Virus record (IMG/VR): IMGVR_UViG_3300042305_002533 | Coordinates: 66,679 to 130,678 of that record | DNA length: 64,000 nucleotides | Direction: 5' to 3' (one strand) | Source of the DNA: a virus | Shown here: one piece after another, positions 28,801 through 37,620 of the stretch | Layout: each line of letters starts with the position of its first letter | Position numbering within the stretch: the stretch's first letter is position 1 | Notes under the pieces: model-generated | Databases searched by the model: none | Seen by the model: only the letters and a program-made list of their open reading frames with translations | Told to the model about the DNA's origin: nothing | Program-made: the position numbers and the translations under genes

Positions 28801-28841
28801 ACGCGTTTGGGACTCGCGTAGGGTCGCTACTGCTGTCTTGA
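25803..28841 (+). CDS. prohead (capsid maturation) protease with intein and C-terminal extension
   Basis: NRNGDSF, KHH, and VSMG (candidate catalytic Ser) followed after the intein by CHVKWDVCSICG..C; DISFV..PAD; upstream of capsid genes. Confidence 0.75.
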   Translation: MRKIFELEDRFATGEPTIQLVMLPDGRGGRVFEKRAFDSAANSPAYEYLKTVTPKDGHSIVLVNALGAYEAYDDNRNGDSFPDRPINIGAPVKCGHKSCQAAAWIAEDEVLSKHYKTFEKFGGIYKHHVNKDPSKSLGKVLKAVWNPKMQRVELLLEIVNDRDQDLAKKIADGEYPAVSMGCLSAGTPITMADGRRVAVENIEVGHQVRTHLGNNHRVFELHRRTYQGVIHTIKPEAAPALVVTHEHPFHVVKKIDVKKRDAKGAWVWNPEAAPQGVWKLAEELDPEEHYLLQPINREVTTPSYVTWAFARLLGYYLAEGNVLHDKSERLCGVEFTCHEKDELLLELPDLCKDLGLPEPYITPRSNSAVARSARVFDAGLAEKLALLAGCGAKAKSLDASVMTWATTYQRALFGAYANGDGCGNKDGSLQVSTASADLATQWLDLLPRLDVLASHQVLSHKPNALVKIATTEHVVFIGAQWAQGLRDVCAKVKPHELKARKEARKIFGDYVVTPIRSVERAAGIMPVYNFEVEEDNSYVAGGVAVHNCHVKWDVCSICGHRAPTRKDYCEHARNKMRQVLSNGEKVCVHNPSPKFFDISFVFRPADPTGFMLKKVASAYELWAGPSAKLGEIADAYEQKIADARKLGDIRKQLLGQVAAVRQSPTIQKYQATAKENAKNRQKTPDKDIAKLSAYPFSVVASTFAAKNAALSTGDVARIFLKKAGVSSPDWLIDRIVAVEPVLESVLARAPGLYEKLGHLVELSDRHIEPGLYPIVDAWIEKTAGMSDFIRDSVLGPSDNALPVGPGALYRATAPAATDVLTITDPSTGHVYQTTRGAAQKQHNADMKHKLFGSLALSALYATALHHGLKKKLPPVLTVPAGIFLGVKTYGLGKNLLSPLRNPEYITDQGIAVPGNTEFVKASALSAPALLDKIAFDIIERVGDTPDPIAALHAKIAAHAPRSAIAAFLGHPSDDQEKAAALIEGLEKFSDTVSEPELDFHAFGTRVGSLLLS
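26346..27443 (+). mobile_element. intein with LAGLIDADG homing endonuclease in prohead protease
   Basis: VSMG|CLSAGT start, VTHEHPF, LLGYYLAEG, GAYANGDG, ends VYNFEVEEDNSYVAGGVAVHN|C; 366 aa. Confidence 0.93.
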
Positions 28842-28872
28842 AACGTCCTACCCTGTAGATGAGGATCGGCAC

Positions 28873-29418
28873 ATGAAGCTCAAGAGCCTAATCGAGAATA
28901 TTGAACCGACGGGTCGCACCAAGACCGCTGCGGCTACGGGCGGCAATCCGTCAAACATCATGGCGGCGATCAACGAGACGCTCTCGCAGATCGAGAACAC
29001 CAAAACGGCGTCGGCGACGCCCACGGCGGATCTTGAGAAGATGGCTGCCGATGTCGCCGCCAGCCAGCGCGATGGCGAGGTCGGGCACGCTGAGAAGATC
29101 GGCGCAGCGATGGCCGACTCGTTCGTGCGGCAGATCGCTGCCTACGAGACGGCCTCTGAGAAAATCGCCATGGAGAAGGCGGCGGAGATGAACGTCACCG
29201 CCGATGAGCTCCAGCTTGTCCGTACCGCCCGCATGGACCCCCGGGGCTTCCTGGCGAAGGTGGCCGAAGAGGCTGACTACCAGGATTACCAGAACGAGAA
29301 GGTCGCGGCGGAGATCTGGGAGAACACCACCCAGGAGACCGTGCGGGCGATCCACAAGACCGCGATGGACCACTACGCGGTGGGCTACGCCACGATCATT
29401 GAGGCGCTTCAAGGCTGA
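28873..29418 (+). CDS. putative head scaffold/core protein (KxA-rich)
   Basis: GAGGA RBS, strong codon bias, about 8 KxA motifs in 181 aa. Confidence 0.7.
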   Translation: MKLKSLIENIEPTGRTKTAAATGGNPSNIMAAINETLSQIENTKTASATPTADLEKMAADVAASQRDGEVGHAEKIGAAMADSFVRQIAAYETASEKIAMEKAAEMNVTADELQLVRTARMDPRGFLAKVAEEADYQDYQNEKVAAEIWENTTQETVRAIHKTAMDHYAVGYATIIEALQG

Positions 29419-29420
29419 TC

Positions 29421-29609
29421 ATGGCGCACTCGGACGCCCAGCTTATGAGCGCGTTTCTTCAGCTGCGCAAAACGGCTTTCCAAAAGCTGGCTGCGCCGCT
29501 TAACGAGGCGGTTCTTCAGCCTTTCAATCAGGCTTCTCAGGGCGTCAAAACTGCGTCTGAAGTTGCGGCGATTGACAAGGCTCTTTTCCTTCACACGTCG
29601 GTGCCGTGA
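29421..29609 (+). CDS. hypothetical protein (KxA motifs)
   Basis: 62 aa with RKTA, QKLA and VKTA. Confidence 0.55.
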   Translation: MAHSDAQLMSAFLQLRKTAFQKLAAPLNEAVLQPFNQASQGVKTASEVAAIDKALFLHTSVP

Positions 29610-30016
29610 TGCCGCGTTTTGTACCCTCCGTCAACGAAACAGTTGATCGGGTTCTAAGCGAGGTGGGTGCCGAGCTGCAGGTAAAAACTGCAGCTCGGCG
29701 CGAGCCCGCCAAAACCGAAAGCTTGCCGCCACTTAAAAAAATCGCGCAAGCTCTTCGCGCTGACTCCGAACCGGCGCTAACTTATGACGTTCTTCACGTC
29801 GTGAAATTGGCCATGATGGAGGACGCGCTCGGCCCTTTGCCTCTTCCGGAATTATCTCCGGAAACTGGTGACTCTTACAGCCGGGGCCTTCGTAAAATTG
29901 CGAACGAGCTCAAGCTTGAAGACCACCGCGCGCACGAGGCACTGCTCGTAAAAGGCGCACATGCGCTCAAGGCGAGCCGAGGTCTTATGCTTCTACGCGA
30001 ACTGGTCAGGGAGTGA
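29606..30016 (+). CDS. hypothetical protein (KxA motifs)
   Basis: GTGA overlap; VKTA, KKIA, VKLA and RKIA. Confidence 0.65.
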   Translation: MMPRFVPSVNETVDRVLSEVGAELQVKTAARREPAKTESLPPLKKIAQALRADSEPALTYDVLHVVKLAMMEDALGPLPLPELSPETGDSYSRGLRKIANELKLEDHRAHEALLVKGAHALKASRGLMLLRELVRE

Positions 30017-30017
30017 C

Positions 30018-30383
30018 ATGAGCCTTAGAGAAAAAGTCGCCTCGCTTCTTGAAGCTCTGGCGGACCAACACGACGCAAATCCCTCCGGCCCCGTGATCGC
30101 GGAGCCCGAGGAAAACGCAGTCGAAAAATTTGCTGCGACTTACCGCAACATAACGGGTGAGGACTTGGCGCCTGAACTTCGTGACCGCCTCGAAGGCGAC
30201 GACGTTCTGCGTGAGGCGATCTCGAAAGTCGCGAATCAAAATTCTCGTCGTCCTACTCCTTTAGGTGAGGCCGCAGACTCGGACAGCTCCCGTGAGGAGT
30301 CGCGCGGTAAAACAAAAGAGGCCGCAGAGCGCGAGGCCTACGAGAAGTTTGCGCAGGGCATCCTCGCAATCGGTCAACGGTGA
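30018..30383 (+). CDS. putative scaffold protein
   Basis: GGAG RBS, acidic helical protein immediately upstream of decoration/capsid genes. Confidence 0.55.
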   Translation: MSLREKVASLLEALADQHDANPSGPVIAEPEENAVEKFAATYRNITGEDLAPELRDRLEGDDVLREAISKVANQNSRRPTPLGEAADSDSSREESRGKTKEAAEREAYEKFAQGILAIGQR

Positions 30384-30414
30384 TCCCTAGAATTACAGGC
30401 AGAGGTAGCAAGAC

Positions 30415-30954
30415 ATGAAGCTCTCGCAAAAGTTCAACCTGTCCGGTCGCGACCCGATCAACGGCGCGAAGGCCGGCATCTACGAGTCGTTCACACCCGT
30501 AGAGGTCCTCAACGCGTACGCAGCGGGCGTGGGTCCGGGCGTCCCCGACGACAACGGGACCCCGGTTCCGGGTACGATCGAGCCAGGCCACATCGTGGCA
30601 ATGGCGGCGACCGGCGCCATTCAGCTTGCGACCTCGCCGGTGCTCTCGGGCGGTGGCGCTGCGCTCCCGATCATGATGTTCGTAGTGTTCTCGGGCGACG
30701 ACGACTTCTCGGGCGCCGCCTCGGGCACGGTCAACGCCATTCACGGCGGCTGCCGCTTCGACACCGAGAAGTTCAACACGGCCGCGTCCTACACCCCGGG
30801 CGCCCCGCTGTTCGCCTCGAACGCCACCCCCGGCATCCTCACCCCGAAGACGCTCGGTGACAACCGCCAGATTGTTGGATTCGTCGGCCCCCGTGGCGTG
30901 CTGAACGGTGTCCTTGACGTGTTCATGCCGCAGACAACTGGCTCCGGCAACTGA
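30415..30954 (+). CDS. putative head decoration/cement protein
   Basis: 179 aa, beta/Gly-rich, directly upstream of the major capsid gene, highly biased codons. Confidence 0.6.
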   Translation: MKLSQKFNLSGRDPINGAKAGIYESFTPVEVLNAYAAGVGPGVPDDNGTPVPGTIEPGHIVAMAATGAIQLATSPVLSGGGAALPIMMFVVFSGDDDFSGAASGTVNAIHGGCRFDTEKFNTAASYTPGAPLFASNATPGILTPKTLGDNRQIVGFVGPRGVLNGVLDVFMPQTTGSGN

Positions 30955-30990
30955 TTAACCAAAAAAAGGGCACAGGAGTAGACATTAGTC

Positions 30991-31911
30991 ATGGGTGCAT
31001 ACGCTACAGAGACACCGCAGGTCAGCGCTCGCTTCCTCAACCAGTCGTTCCTAAACGCCATCGAGGGCGGTCGGACGAAGGAGGCCGCTGACGAGGGTAC
31101 CAACTTCATCCGCGAGATCGTACGTCAGGCGTCCGCCGTGCGTGAGATTCTCCCGCCCGTCGGCCTCCAGGACGACGAGATCGACCGCGACGAGCGGACG
31201 GATGAGCCCAAGAAGATCGTCGAGAAGGAGCCCCAGTCGGTGGCGACCTTCGTCGAGTTCCAGGGCACGCCGTCGGCGTACTGGTTCCGGGGTCCGCGCT
31301 ACGCGGTGTTCTTCGGCAAGATTCTCTCGCCGAAGGCCACGAAGTCGAAGTTCCAGCTCATGACCTACCAGAACGATATCCGCAAGATTCTTGCGGATAA
31401 CTTCGTGAAGGACATGGCGGACCAGGAGGACAAGTACTGGCGCCGTCAGTGCCTCGTTCTCGTGAACAAGAACCCGGGCGCGCAGCGCACCAACGCCCCG
31501 GCGTTCACCTCGGCCGCCTTCAAGCGGGCGTTCCAGTCGCTCCTCGACCGCCGTCGTCCCATCGGCAAGATGCTGATGACGAAGTCGCTGTACATGGAGG
31601 CGATCGACCTCCCGGCGACCACGGTCGGCAACGCGATTGCCGAGGCGCACTACCGCGAGGGTATTGAGAACGAGGAGAAGCTCTTCGGCGTGCCCGTGGT
31701 GACGACTGTCAAGTCGGACATCTACGACCCCCGTGAGGTGTGGGTGTTCTCGCCGCAGAACTTCCTCGGGAACTTCTTCCTCCTTCAGGACGCCACCCTG
31801 TTCATCAAGCAGGAGGCGGACATGATCGAGTTCTTCACGTACGAGGCGCCCGGCATCGGTATCGGCAACCGCCTGTCGATGCAGCACATCGTCTTCCCGT
31901 CGGCCACCTGA
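30991..31911 (+). CDS. major capsid protein (HK97-like fold, compact)
   Basis: Very strong codon bias; VREILPPV, DIRKIL..DMADQED, KLFGVPVV; followed by a terminator. Confidence 0.75.
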   Translation: MGAYATETPQVSARFLNQSFLNAIEGGRTKEAADEGTNFIREIVRQASAVREILPPVGLQDDEIDRDERTDEPKKIVEKEPQSVATFVEFQGTPSAYWFRGPRYAVFFGKILSPKATKSKFQLMTYQNDIRKILADNFVKDMADQEDKYWRRQCLVLVNKNPGAQRTNAPAFTSAAFKRAFQSLLDRRRPIGKMLMTKSLYMEAIDLPATTVGNAIAEAHYREGIENEEKLFGVPVVTTVKSDIYDPREVWVFSPQNFLGNFFLLQDATLFIKQEADMIEFFTYEAPGIGIGNRLSMQHIVFPSAT

Positions 31912-31930
31912 TCTAAGCTGGCGACATGAG

Positions 31931-31966
31931 AACCCTCGTGGGCTACAATTGCCCACGAGGGTTTTT
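31931..31966 (+). terminator. intrinsic terminator after the capsid gene, TACAAT in the loop
   Basis: aaccctcgtgggc-tacaatt-gcccacgagggtt followed by T run. Confidence 0.8.
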
Positions 31967-31968
31967 CA

Positions 31969-32361
31969 TTGCCGTACCAAAGCGCCGCTCAACGCCGATT
32001 CTTTCACTCTGAAGGCGCCCGAAAAGCCGGCATCACGCCGGCCATGGTCGAAGAGTGGGATCGTGAAACCAAGGGCAAGAAGCTCCCTGAGCGCGTTGAA
32101 AAAAGCGCTGAGCTTTTTTCAATTCTATTGAAGGCAGCGGCTGCGACAACGAGCGCGGTGCGCATGGGGTCTACGCCGGTCCCGAAGCCGTTCAAACCGA
32201 TGAAGCCCGGTGCGGCGCCTAAAGAGCAGGAAGAGGGGCCGACAGGATTCATGAACGGGCGCGGCTACCAGGACGCCTTCCGCGACAACGCCTCGACCAG
32301 CGCGGCAACCGGGGCGGACGCCAGGTTGCAACGCGGCGAGCAACTCACAATGCCCTCATGA
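31969..32361 (+). CDS. hypothetical phage protein (MPYQSAAQRRF-type N-terminal module)
   Basis: TTG start; N-terminal module ends at EKSA. Confidence 0.6.
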   Translation: MPYQSAAQRRFFHSEGARKAGITPAMVEEWDRETKGKKLPERVEKSAELFSILLKAAAATTSAVRMGSTPVPKPFKPMKPGAAPKEQEEGPTGFMNGRGYQDAFRDNASTSAATGADARLQRGEQLTMPS

Positions 32362-33077
32362 AGCCGGAAACAAACGACAGACTTACGCGGCTGATCGAAG
32401 GCGCGGGTCCGGCAAACCCGTTCCGCCGTGCGGTCACGCCCTCTCGTCCAGAAGAGAGCGAGCTGGCCGCGATGACGTCATTTCACGACATCGAAGCCCC
32501 TGCTGGAGGCCTTCCCGGTCCTATGATGGACGGCCCGCCGTACACAGTAAAAGACGGGGCGCTTCGATTATTTCACGCGGTGAAACAAGCCTTTCATGCT
32601 CACGACCGCATGGAAGAGCGTACGCCGTTTCACAAGTCGTACGTCAATCAGCTTCAATTGGCCGTAGACACGCTCAATCTCAAGGGCAACCAGTACCATC
32701 TTCCGCTTCGCGCCAAAGACGGCACCGTCGCGGGCTTCGCGCAGTTTAAGCGTGTACCCAACCGAAAGACGCCAGTACTAGCAACGGTCCTGGGGCCCCA
32801 GATGACGCCCGGCGGACAGAACATCGAGTCCATGATGAAGATGGGCTCAGCGCCAGAGACAAACACCACGCCTCGGGCGTCCGGCAAGTTCGACACCGAC
32901 CACATCGACCCCCGGCCGCCGGAGAGCACTTCTTGGAACCGCCGGCATCGGCACCTTTATGCTCCAGAGACGGGGCGGTACGCCATCGACAAAGCTTTTG
33001 ATGGCGTGCTTACAAACCCGCGTCACGAAGTGATTGAAAACGGGGCGCTACCTTCAGACGTCACGGACATGCGATGA
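32358..33077 (+). CDS. hypothetical protein
   Basis: 239 aa with ATGA overlaps at both ends. Confidence 0.65.
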   Translation: MKPETNDRLTRLIEGAGPANPFRRAVTPSRPEESELAAMTSFHDIEAPAGGLPGPMMDGPPYTVKDGALRLFHAVKQAFHAHDRMEERTPFHKSYVNQLQLAVDTLNLKGNQYHLPLRAKDGTVAGFAQFKRVPNRKTPVLATVLGPQMTPGGQNIESMMKMGSAPETNTTPRASGKFDTDHIDPRPPESTSWNRRHRHLYAPETGRYAIDKAFDGVLTNPRHEVIENGALPSDVTDMR

Positions 33078-33916
33078 GCTTGGAACTGACCGTAAACGGC
33101 GTAGCCCCGCTATTTCCCACCGGGTTCTTTGTCCAGTGGACCCTACGAGACGCTACGGAATCCGGCGTTTACAAATTTGACGTATATCGGGGCGGGTCTA
33201 CAGCCGGGCCGTGGGAGCCCGTAGCCCTGGGCCTTGAAAACCAGTACGCCACGATTGATCGGTTCAGCGCGCCCTTCCCCAGCACCAATGAAAACAGGCT
33301 GCGACCCAATCAGCTCAACCTCTACCGGCTATTTGTCTACCGCGTTGTCGTGACCTCCCCCAGCGGTAAAACTGCCGAAGGCCAGTTAGACAACGCCCCG
33401 CTCGACGAAGGCGCCCTCAACGACCGGCGAATGGTTCAATACGCCCGGAAGCTTATTCGGGATTTCCGTTTGAGTCTTAAATTCAACGGCACCCGGTGCG
33501 TCATTCTCAAGCGGCGGCACTGGGGTGTCCGGTGCGAGTGCGTGGACAAAAAAACAAAAGAGATTGTACGGGGCGCCTGCCGAAAGTGCTGGGGTACAGG
33601 AATCGTGGACGGCTATTGGACCCCGTTCGTGACGTACGCTCGGCGAGCGGCCGGCTCCAACGCGACGGCTGTTACCCCTGAAAACAAGAGCGATAGCTCT
33701 GACGCAAAACTGTGGCTACCGGATTACCCAGCCCTCGAAACCGACGACATCGTTGTGTTCATGAAAGAAAACACACGCTGGCGCGTCGACCAGAGCACGA
33801 GCACGCAAATACGCCTTCAGGACGTTCACCAAGTGGTATCGGCACAGGTCCTAGACCGGGGGCATATCCTTTACCGGTATCTGATGGACCCCCGTCAAAT
33901 CGAGCCCCTCTACTGA
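33074..33916 (+). CDS. putative neck/head-closure protein
   Basis: Fn3-like N-terminus, CEC..CRKCWGTG Zn motif, beta-barrel C-terminus; located between capsid and sheath genes. Confidence 0.55.
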   Translation: MSLELTVNGVAPLFPTGFFVQWTLRDATESGVYKFDVYRGGSTAGPWEPVALGLENQYATIDRFSAPFPSTNENRLRPNQLNLYRLFVYRVVVTSPSGKTAEGQLDNAPLDEGALNDRRMVQYARKLIRDFRLSLKFNGTRCVILKRRHWGVRCECVDKKTKEIVRGACRKCWGTGIVDGYWTPFVTYARRAAGSNATAVTPENKSDSSDAKLWLPDYPALETDDIVVFMKENTRWRVDQSTSTQIRLQDVHQVVSAQVLDRGHILYRYLMDPRQIEPLY

Positions 33917-33917
33917 A

Positions 33918-34634
33918 ATGGCAAAGCTCACCCCTTACTACGGAACGCCGCGCCTTGAAGGCCAGCACCCGGACGTTTTCCCCGGGTCTCCGCTAGCGCT
34001 GATCGCAATTTTCGTAGAGGTGATCCGCCTGCGCTTCAGTCAGGATAACGCCTACAAGCTGCCGTACTACTGGAGCCCCGACCCGTCGCCAGAGCCCGAC
34101 GAGGAGAACACCGACGACAGCCCTCGCAAGATTTTGATCGAAAGCCAATACCTGCAGCACCCGGACGCGCGGGACTACCGTCCTGCGATCTTTGTAGAGC
34201 GCGGAGATATGGCTTTCTCAAAAATTGTCGTGGGCAATCGCGGCGCGTACTCCGAAGCTCTGGACGCCAACGTTTATGTCATGCACGCGACAACCCCCAT
34301 CAGCGTGCTCTGCGTCACCAAAGATCGTGGCGAATCGATGTCCATCGCCGAGATGGTGACGTTCTACCTTGCCTCGCTTTTGCCTGAGCTTCGCGAGACG
34401 TTTGGGTTTCAAGACGCGTCCCTCCCGGTGTTGGCCGGAACGCAGGTGTACCGCCGAAGCTCGAACGACATCGAAGAGTGGGTGACGCCCGTCAACCTAC
34501 AAATAACGTGCAAGCACGTATGGCGCGAGGCGGTCATCGCTCCAAAACTACAAGAAATAAGGATGCAGCTAGGGCTGAACGCGCCGTCCGCGCCGCCTAC
34601 GCTTGCAGGCATCGTAATCCAAAGACCCCGATAG
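33918..34634 (+). CDS. putative tail terminator/completion protein
   Basis: 238 aa directly upstream of the sheath; RPAIFVERG pattern. Confidence 0.5.
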   Translation: MAKLTPYYGTPRLEGQHPDVFPGSPLALIAIFVEVIRLRFSQDNAYKLPYYWSPDPSPEPDEENTDDSPRKILIESQYLQHPDARDYRPAIFVERGDMAFSKIVVGNRGAYSEALDANVYVMHATTPISVLCVTKDRGESMSIAEMVTFYLASLLPELRETFGFQDASLPVLAGTQVYRRSSNDIEEWVTPVNLQITCKHVWREAVIAPKLQEIRMQLGLNAPSAPPTLAGIVIQRPR

Positions 34635-34691
34635 GGCTTCACGCCGTGAAACGGCGCCTATCCTTGACGACGAACCTTCGGAGAACAGCAC

Positions 34692-37616
34692 ATGGCAAGG
34701 CCGCTCGTACTCGTATTTCAGGAGCTCGCTGCCCCCACAGCGACCCCGACCATTCCGGACCTCAACACAGTCATCGTCGGGCCTGCTTACGAACTGCTTG
34801 ATTACCCCGATGACGCGGCCTCGATTCTTCTGACGAACACCTACGGGCAAGCCGATCAACCGGCGAGCACGTATGTGCCCCCGGCAGTTGGGGCCGATGC
34901 CGTCACAGTCGTCGGAGGTGGTTATCCGGCGCAGTCGGCAGGGTCTGTCGTTGATCACGACTCGGTAACTTTCATTCTTCGCTTCCCACGCGTAGTCCTG
35001 GCGTCCACCGTAGCGGCGGTCACGCCGTATATCGGCACGCACGTAACGACGAGCGTGAGCGACCAGACGCTCATCACACTCGCCGGCGCGATCGGCGGTC
35101 AGAACTTCTCTACCGCCGGTATTCGAGCGGGTGACCGGGTCATCCTGACGTCGGCCTCAAACCAGACAGTCACGCGTGTTGTCGCGTCCGTCGGCGAGCC
35201 GAACTCGGACGGCCTTGCCACCAACACGGCCGTTTTCCGCATAACACAGAACCTACCGCCCACAGGCACGGGCGTCGGGCAATGGAACTACGGCGGTAAC
35301 AGCGAGCTGCGCATCGAGCGCGAGCTTCAGATTCAAGAGCTCGACGCCCCGGGATTCGTGGTGTTCCCTGACCCCGGAAGCGACACCGTCGTAATCCGTG
35401 GTGGTGTAACCCTTTCCATCTCCCTGACGGCGTATCCGACCATCGCGGCGCCAAACCCCGTCGCCGCGACAGTCAGTCGGACCCTGTCCTACTCGCAGCT
35501 CTACCTCGCGTACCGCGCGCTACGGCAGGATCTTCAAGGCGTTGAGGTGTACGACTCCGCCAGCCTTCAGACGGTCAACAACATCCCGACCGTTGTTGGG
35601 CTGGGGAAGATCGATGCGCGGAACCCCCTCGCGGTGGGCGTGAGCGTCGCGCTCGCCAACTCCGGAACCGCCCCCATCTACGCCTACGGCGTATCGAGCA
35701 ACGACAGCGTAGGGCACGCGAACGCCCGAGATTCGATGTCGATGCGCAGTGACCTCTACGCCTTCGTGCCCCTCACGCAAGACATCAACATTCACGCGAG
35801 CTACAAGACCGAGTTCGACGATCTCGCGGACCCCACCACGGCGCTGGAAAACGGCGTGCCGCAGAAGTTCCGCGTCGTGATCGGATCGGTTCCGCTCCCC
35901 ACGACAACGACCATCTATGACGGGGCCATCACCGGTGTCGCCCAGCAAAGCGGTGCGGCCAGCGGGCTGTACCGGACAGTAGACATCGACTCGGCGTCTA
36001 CAGGCCTGGACCTCGCCGTCAACTTCGTCCTACCCGGAGACACGGTCACCATCGGGCTCGTAGACCCGGCTGACGCCTCTTGGCAGAGCCGACGCGGCGT
36101 ACACACGGTTGGACACGTCAATGCGTCGTTCGACGCGGGTGTCACCAACTCCACGTTCGAGATTATCCCCGGCAGCAGCCGTTGGGATAGCACCGGCGCG
36201 CCGGCCGGAAGCTCTGACATTGAGATCGTAATCAAAGGCCCTGACGGCAGCGTCAAGATGTCGAACCTGGCCCAGGCGACAATTTCGACGGGCGCAGGCC
36301 CGACTTTGTCGACGATCCAGTACGACATGAAAAACCCGACGGTTGTCGGCGGGCCCTACGAGATCGAATATGTCGCCGTCGGCGCCGCGCCGTCTGTAAG
36401 CATCGCGGTGGTCGGATTTGCAATCACCGTGACAGTCAACGGCACGTCGCACACGGCCGACAATGTCGCGGCCGCCATTAACAGCAACAGCATCACAAGT
36501 GCGCTGATGACGGCTGTCGTAACGGCTGGAAATTTGAACGTTGTTCTCGCCGCCGCGCCCACCCCCATTGAGCCGGTTGTTGGGTCGTGTGACACTACGA
36601 TCACAGTCAACGACAACCTCTTCAATCGGCTAGAGGACAGCGCTGCGCTGTTCCTGACGGCAGGTGTTCGGACAGGCGACACCATCGAGATGCCGCTAGA
36701 CCCCAACAACTACGGGCCCGACGCATACAACACGCGCTTCCTGTCCTACACGGTGGCTGCGGTTCTCAACGAGAATCGAATCCTGATTCAGTGCCCCACC
36801 GATGACACGGGCTCTGTGGCAAACGAATTGCCGCACTACTACCTGCGCGACGTTGCAAACCGTGAGCTCGACAACACGCTACCGAACGCGATCAACTACC
36901 GGATTCGTCGGCAGCTGACGAAAGACGAGCAGATTCTGAACCTAGTCACGATCGCCCAGAGCGTGCGCTCGAAGCGCTGCACGCTCACCTGGCCGGACGT
37001 CGTACAGGTTGCAGACCTTCGAAACGGAGCGCTGCCCCGTTCGACGGCAAGCATTCGCCCGCTCGCGGGTGACGTGCCGGGGTACTACGTCGGGTGCCAA
37101 GTCGGCGGCGCCTGCGCAGGCCTACCGGCGCAGCACGGCCTCACAAACCTCGGGCTCTCTGGCGTGAGCAGCCTGCGGCACTCTCAGGGGTACTTCACGG
37201 AGCGCCAGCTAAGCCGCCTCTCTGACGGCGGGTTCTTCGTGATGGTGCAGAACGTCCCTGGCGCCCTGCCGATCTGCATCCACCAGCTGACGACCGACCC
37301 CACGACACTGGAGACGGGCGAGCTTTCGGTTGTACGGAACGTCGACTTTATCTCGAAGTTCTTCCTTGACCTGCTGGCCCCTTTCATCGGCGTCTACAAC
37401 GTCACGCAAGCCACACAGAACGCGATCTTCCGCGCCGTCAACGATGGGGCGCAGAATTTGATTGGGCGATCGCTGGACCGTATTGGCCCGCCGCTTATCA
37501 GCGGCACCGTGACCAGCATCAAAGTCTCAGACTACGATGCCTCCCGCATTGAGCTGTACTTCCGGGGTGTAATCCCGCGCCCCCTCAACACGATCGCCTT
37601 CCACCTCGTGGTGTGA
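34692..37616 (+). CDS. tail sheath protein
   Basis: 974 aa; MARPLVLVFQE..VIVGPAY N-terminus, C-terminal ELSVVRNVDF..PRPLNTI. Confidence 0.85.
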   Translation: MARPLVLVFQELAAPTATPTIPDLNTVIVGPAYELLDYPDDAASILLTNTYGQADQPASTYVPPAVGADAVTVVGGGYPAQSAGSVVDHDSVTFILRFPRVVLASTVAAVTPYIGTHVTTSVSDQTLITLAGAIGGQNFSTAGIRAGDRVILTSASNQTVTRVVASVGEPNSDGLATNTAVFRITQNLPPTGTGVGQWNYGGNSELRIERELQIQELDAPGFVVFPDPGSDTVVIRGGVTLSISLTAYPTIAAPNPVAATVSRTLSYSQLYLAYRALRQDLQGVEVYDSASLQTVNNIPTVVGLGKIDARNPLAVGVSVALANSGTAPIYAYGVSSNDSVGHANARDSMSMRSDLYAFVPLTQDINIHASYKTEFDDLADPTTALENGVPQKFRVVIGSVPLPTTTTIYDGAITGVAQQSGAASGLYRTVDIDSASTGLDLAVNFVLPGDTVTIGLVDPADASWQSRRGVHTVGHVNASFDAGVTNSTFEIIPGSSRWDSTGAPAGSSDIEIVIKGPDGSVKMSNLAQATISTGAGPTLSTIQYDMKNPTVVGGPYEIEYVAVGAAPSVSIAVVGFAITVTVNGTSHTADNVAAAINSNSITSALMTAVVTAGNLNVVLAAAPTPIEPVVGSCDTTITVNDNLFNRLEDSAALFLTAGVRTGDTIEMPLDPNNYGPDAYNTRFLSYTVAAVLNENRILIQCPTDDTGSVANELPHYYLRDVANRELDNTLPNAINYRIRRQLTKDEQILNLVTIAQSVRSKRCTLTWPDVVQVADLRNGALPRSTASIRPLAGDVPGYYVGCQVGGACAGLPAQHGLTNLGLSGVSSLRHSQGYFTERQLSRLSDGGFFVMVQNVPGALPICIHQLTTDPTTLETGELSVVRNVDFISKFFLDLLAPFIGVYNVTQATQNAIFRAVNDGAQNLIGRSLDRIGPPLISGTVTSIKVSDYDASRIELYFRGVIPRPLNTIAFHLVV

Positions 37617-37620
37617 CCGA

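Noticed and set aside
31051-31956. 301-aa antisense ORF, and similar ones at 7581..8450, 45964..46728 and 51640..52419
   Set aside because: Shadow frames caused by strong GC3 codon bias of the real genes on the opposite strand.
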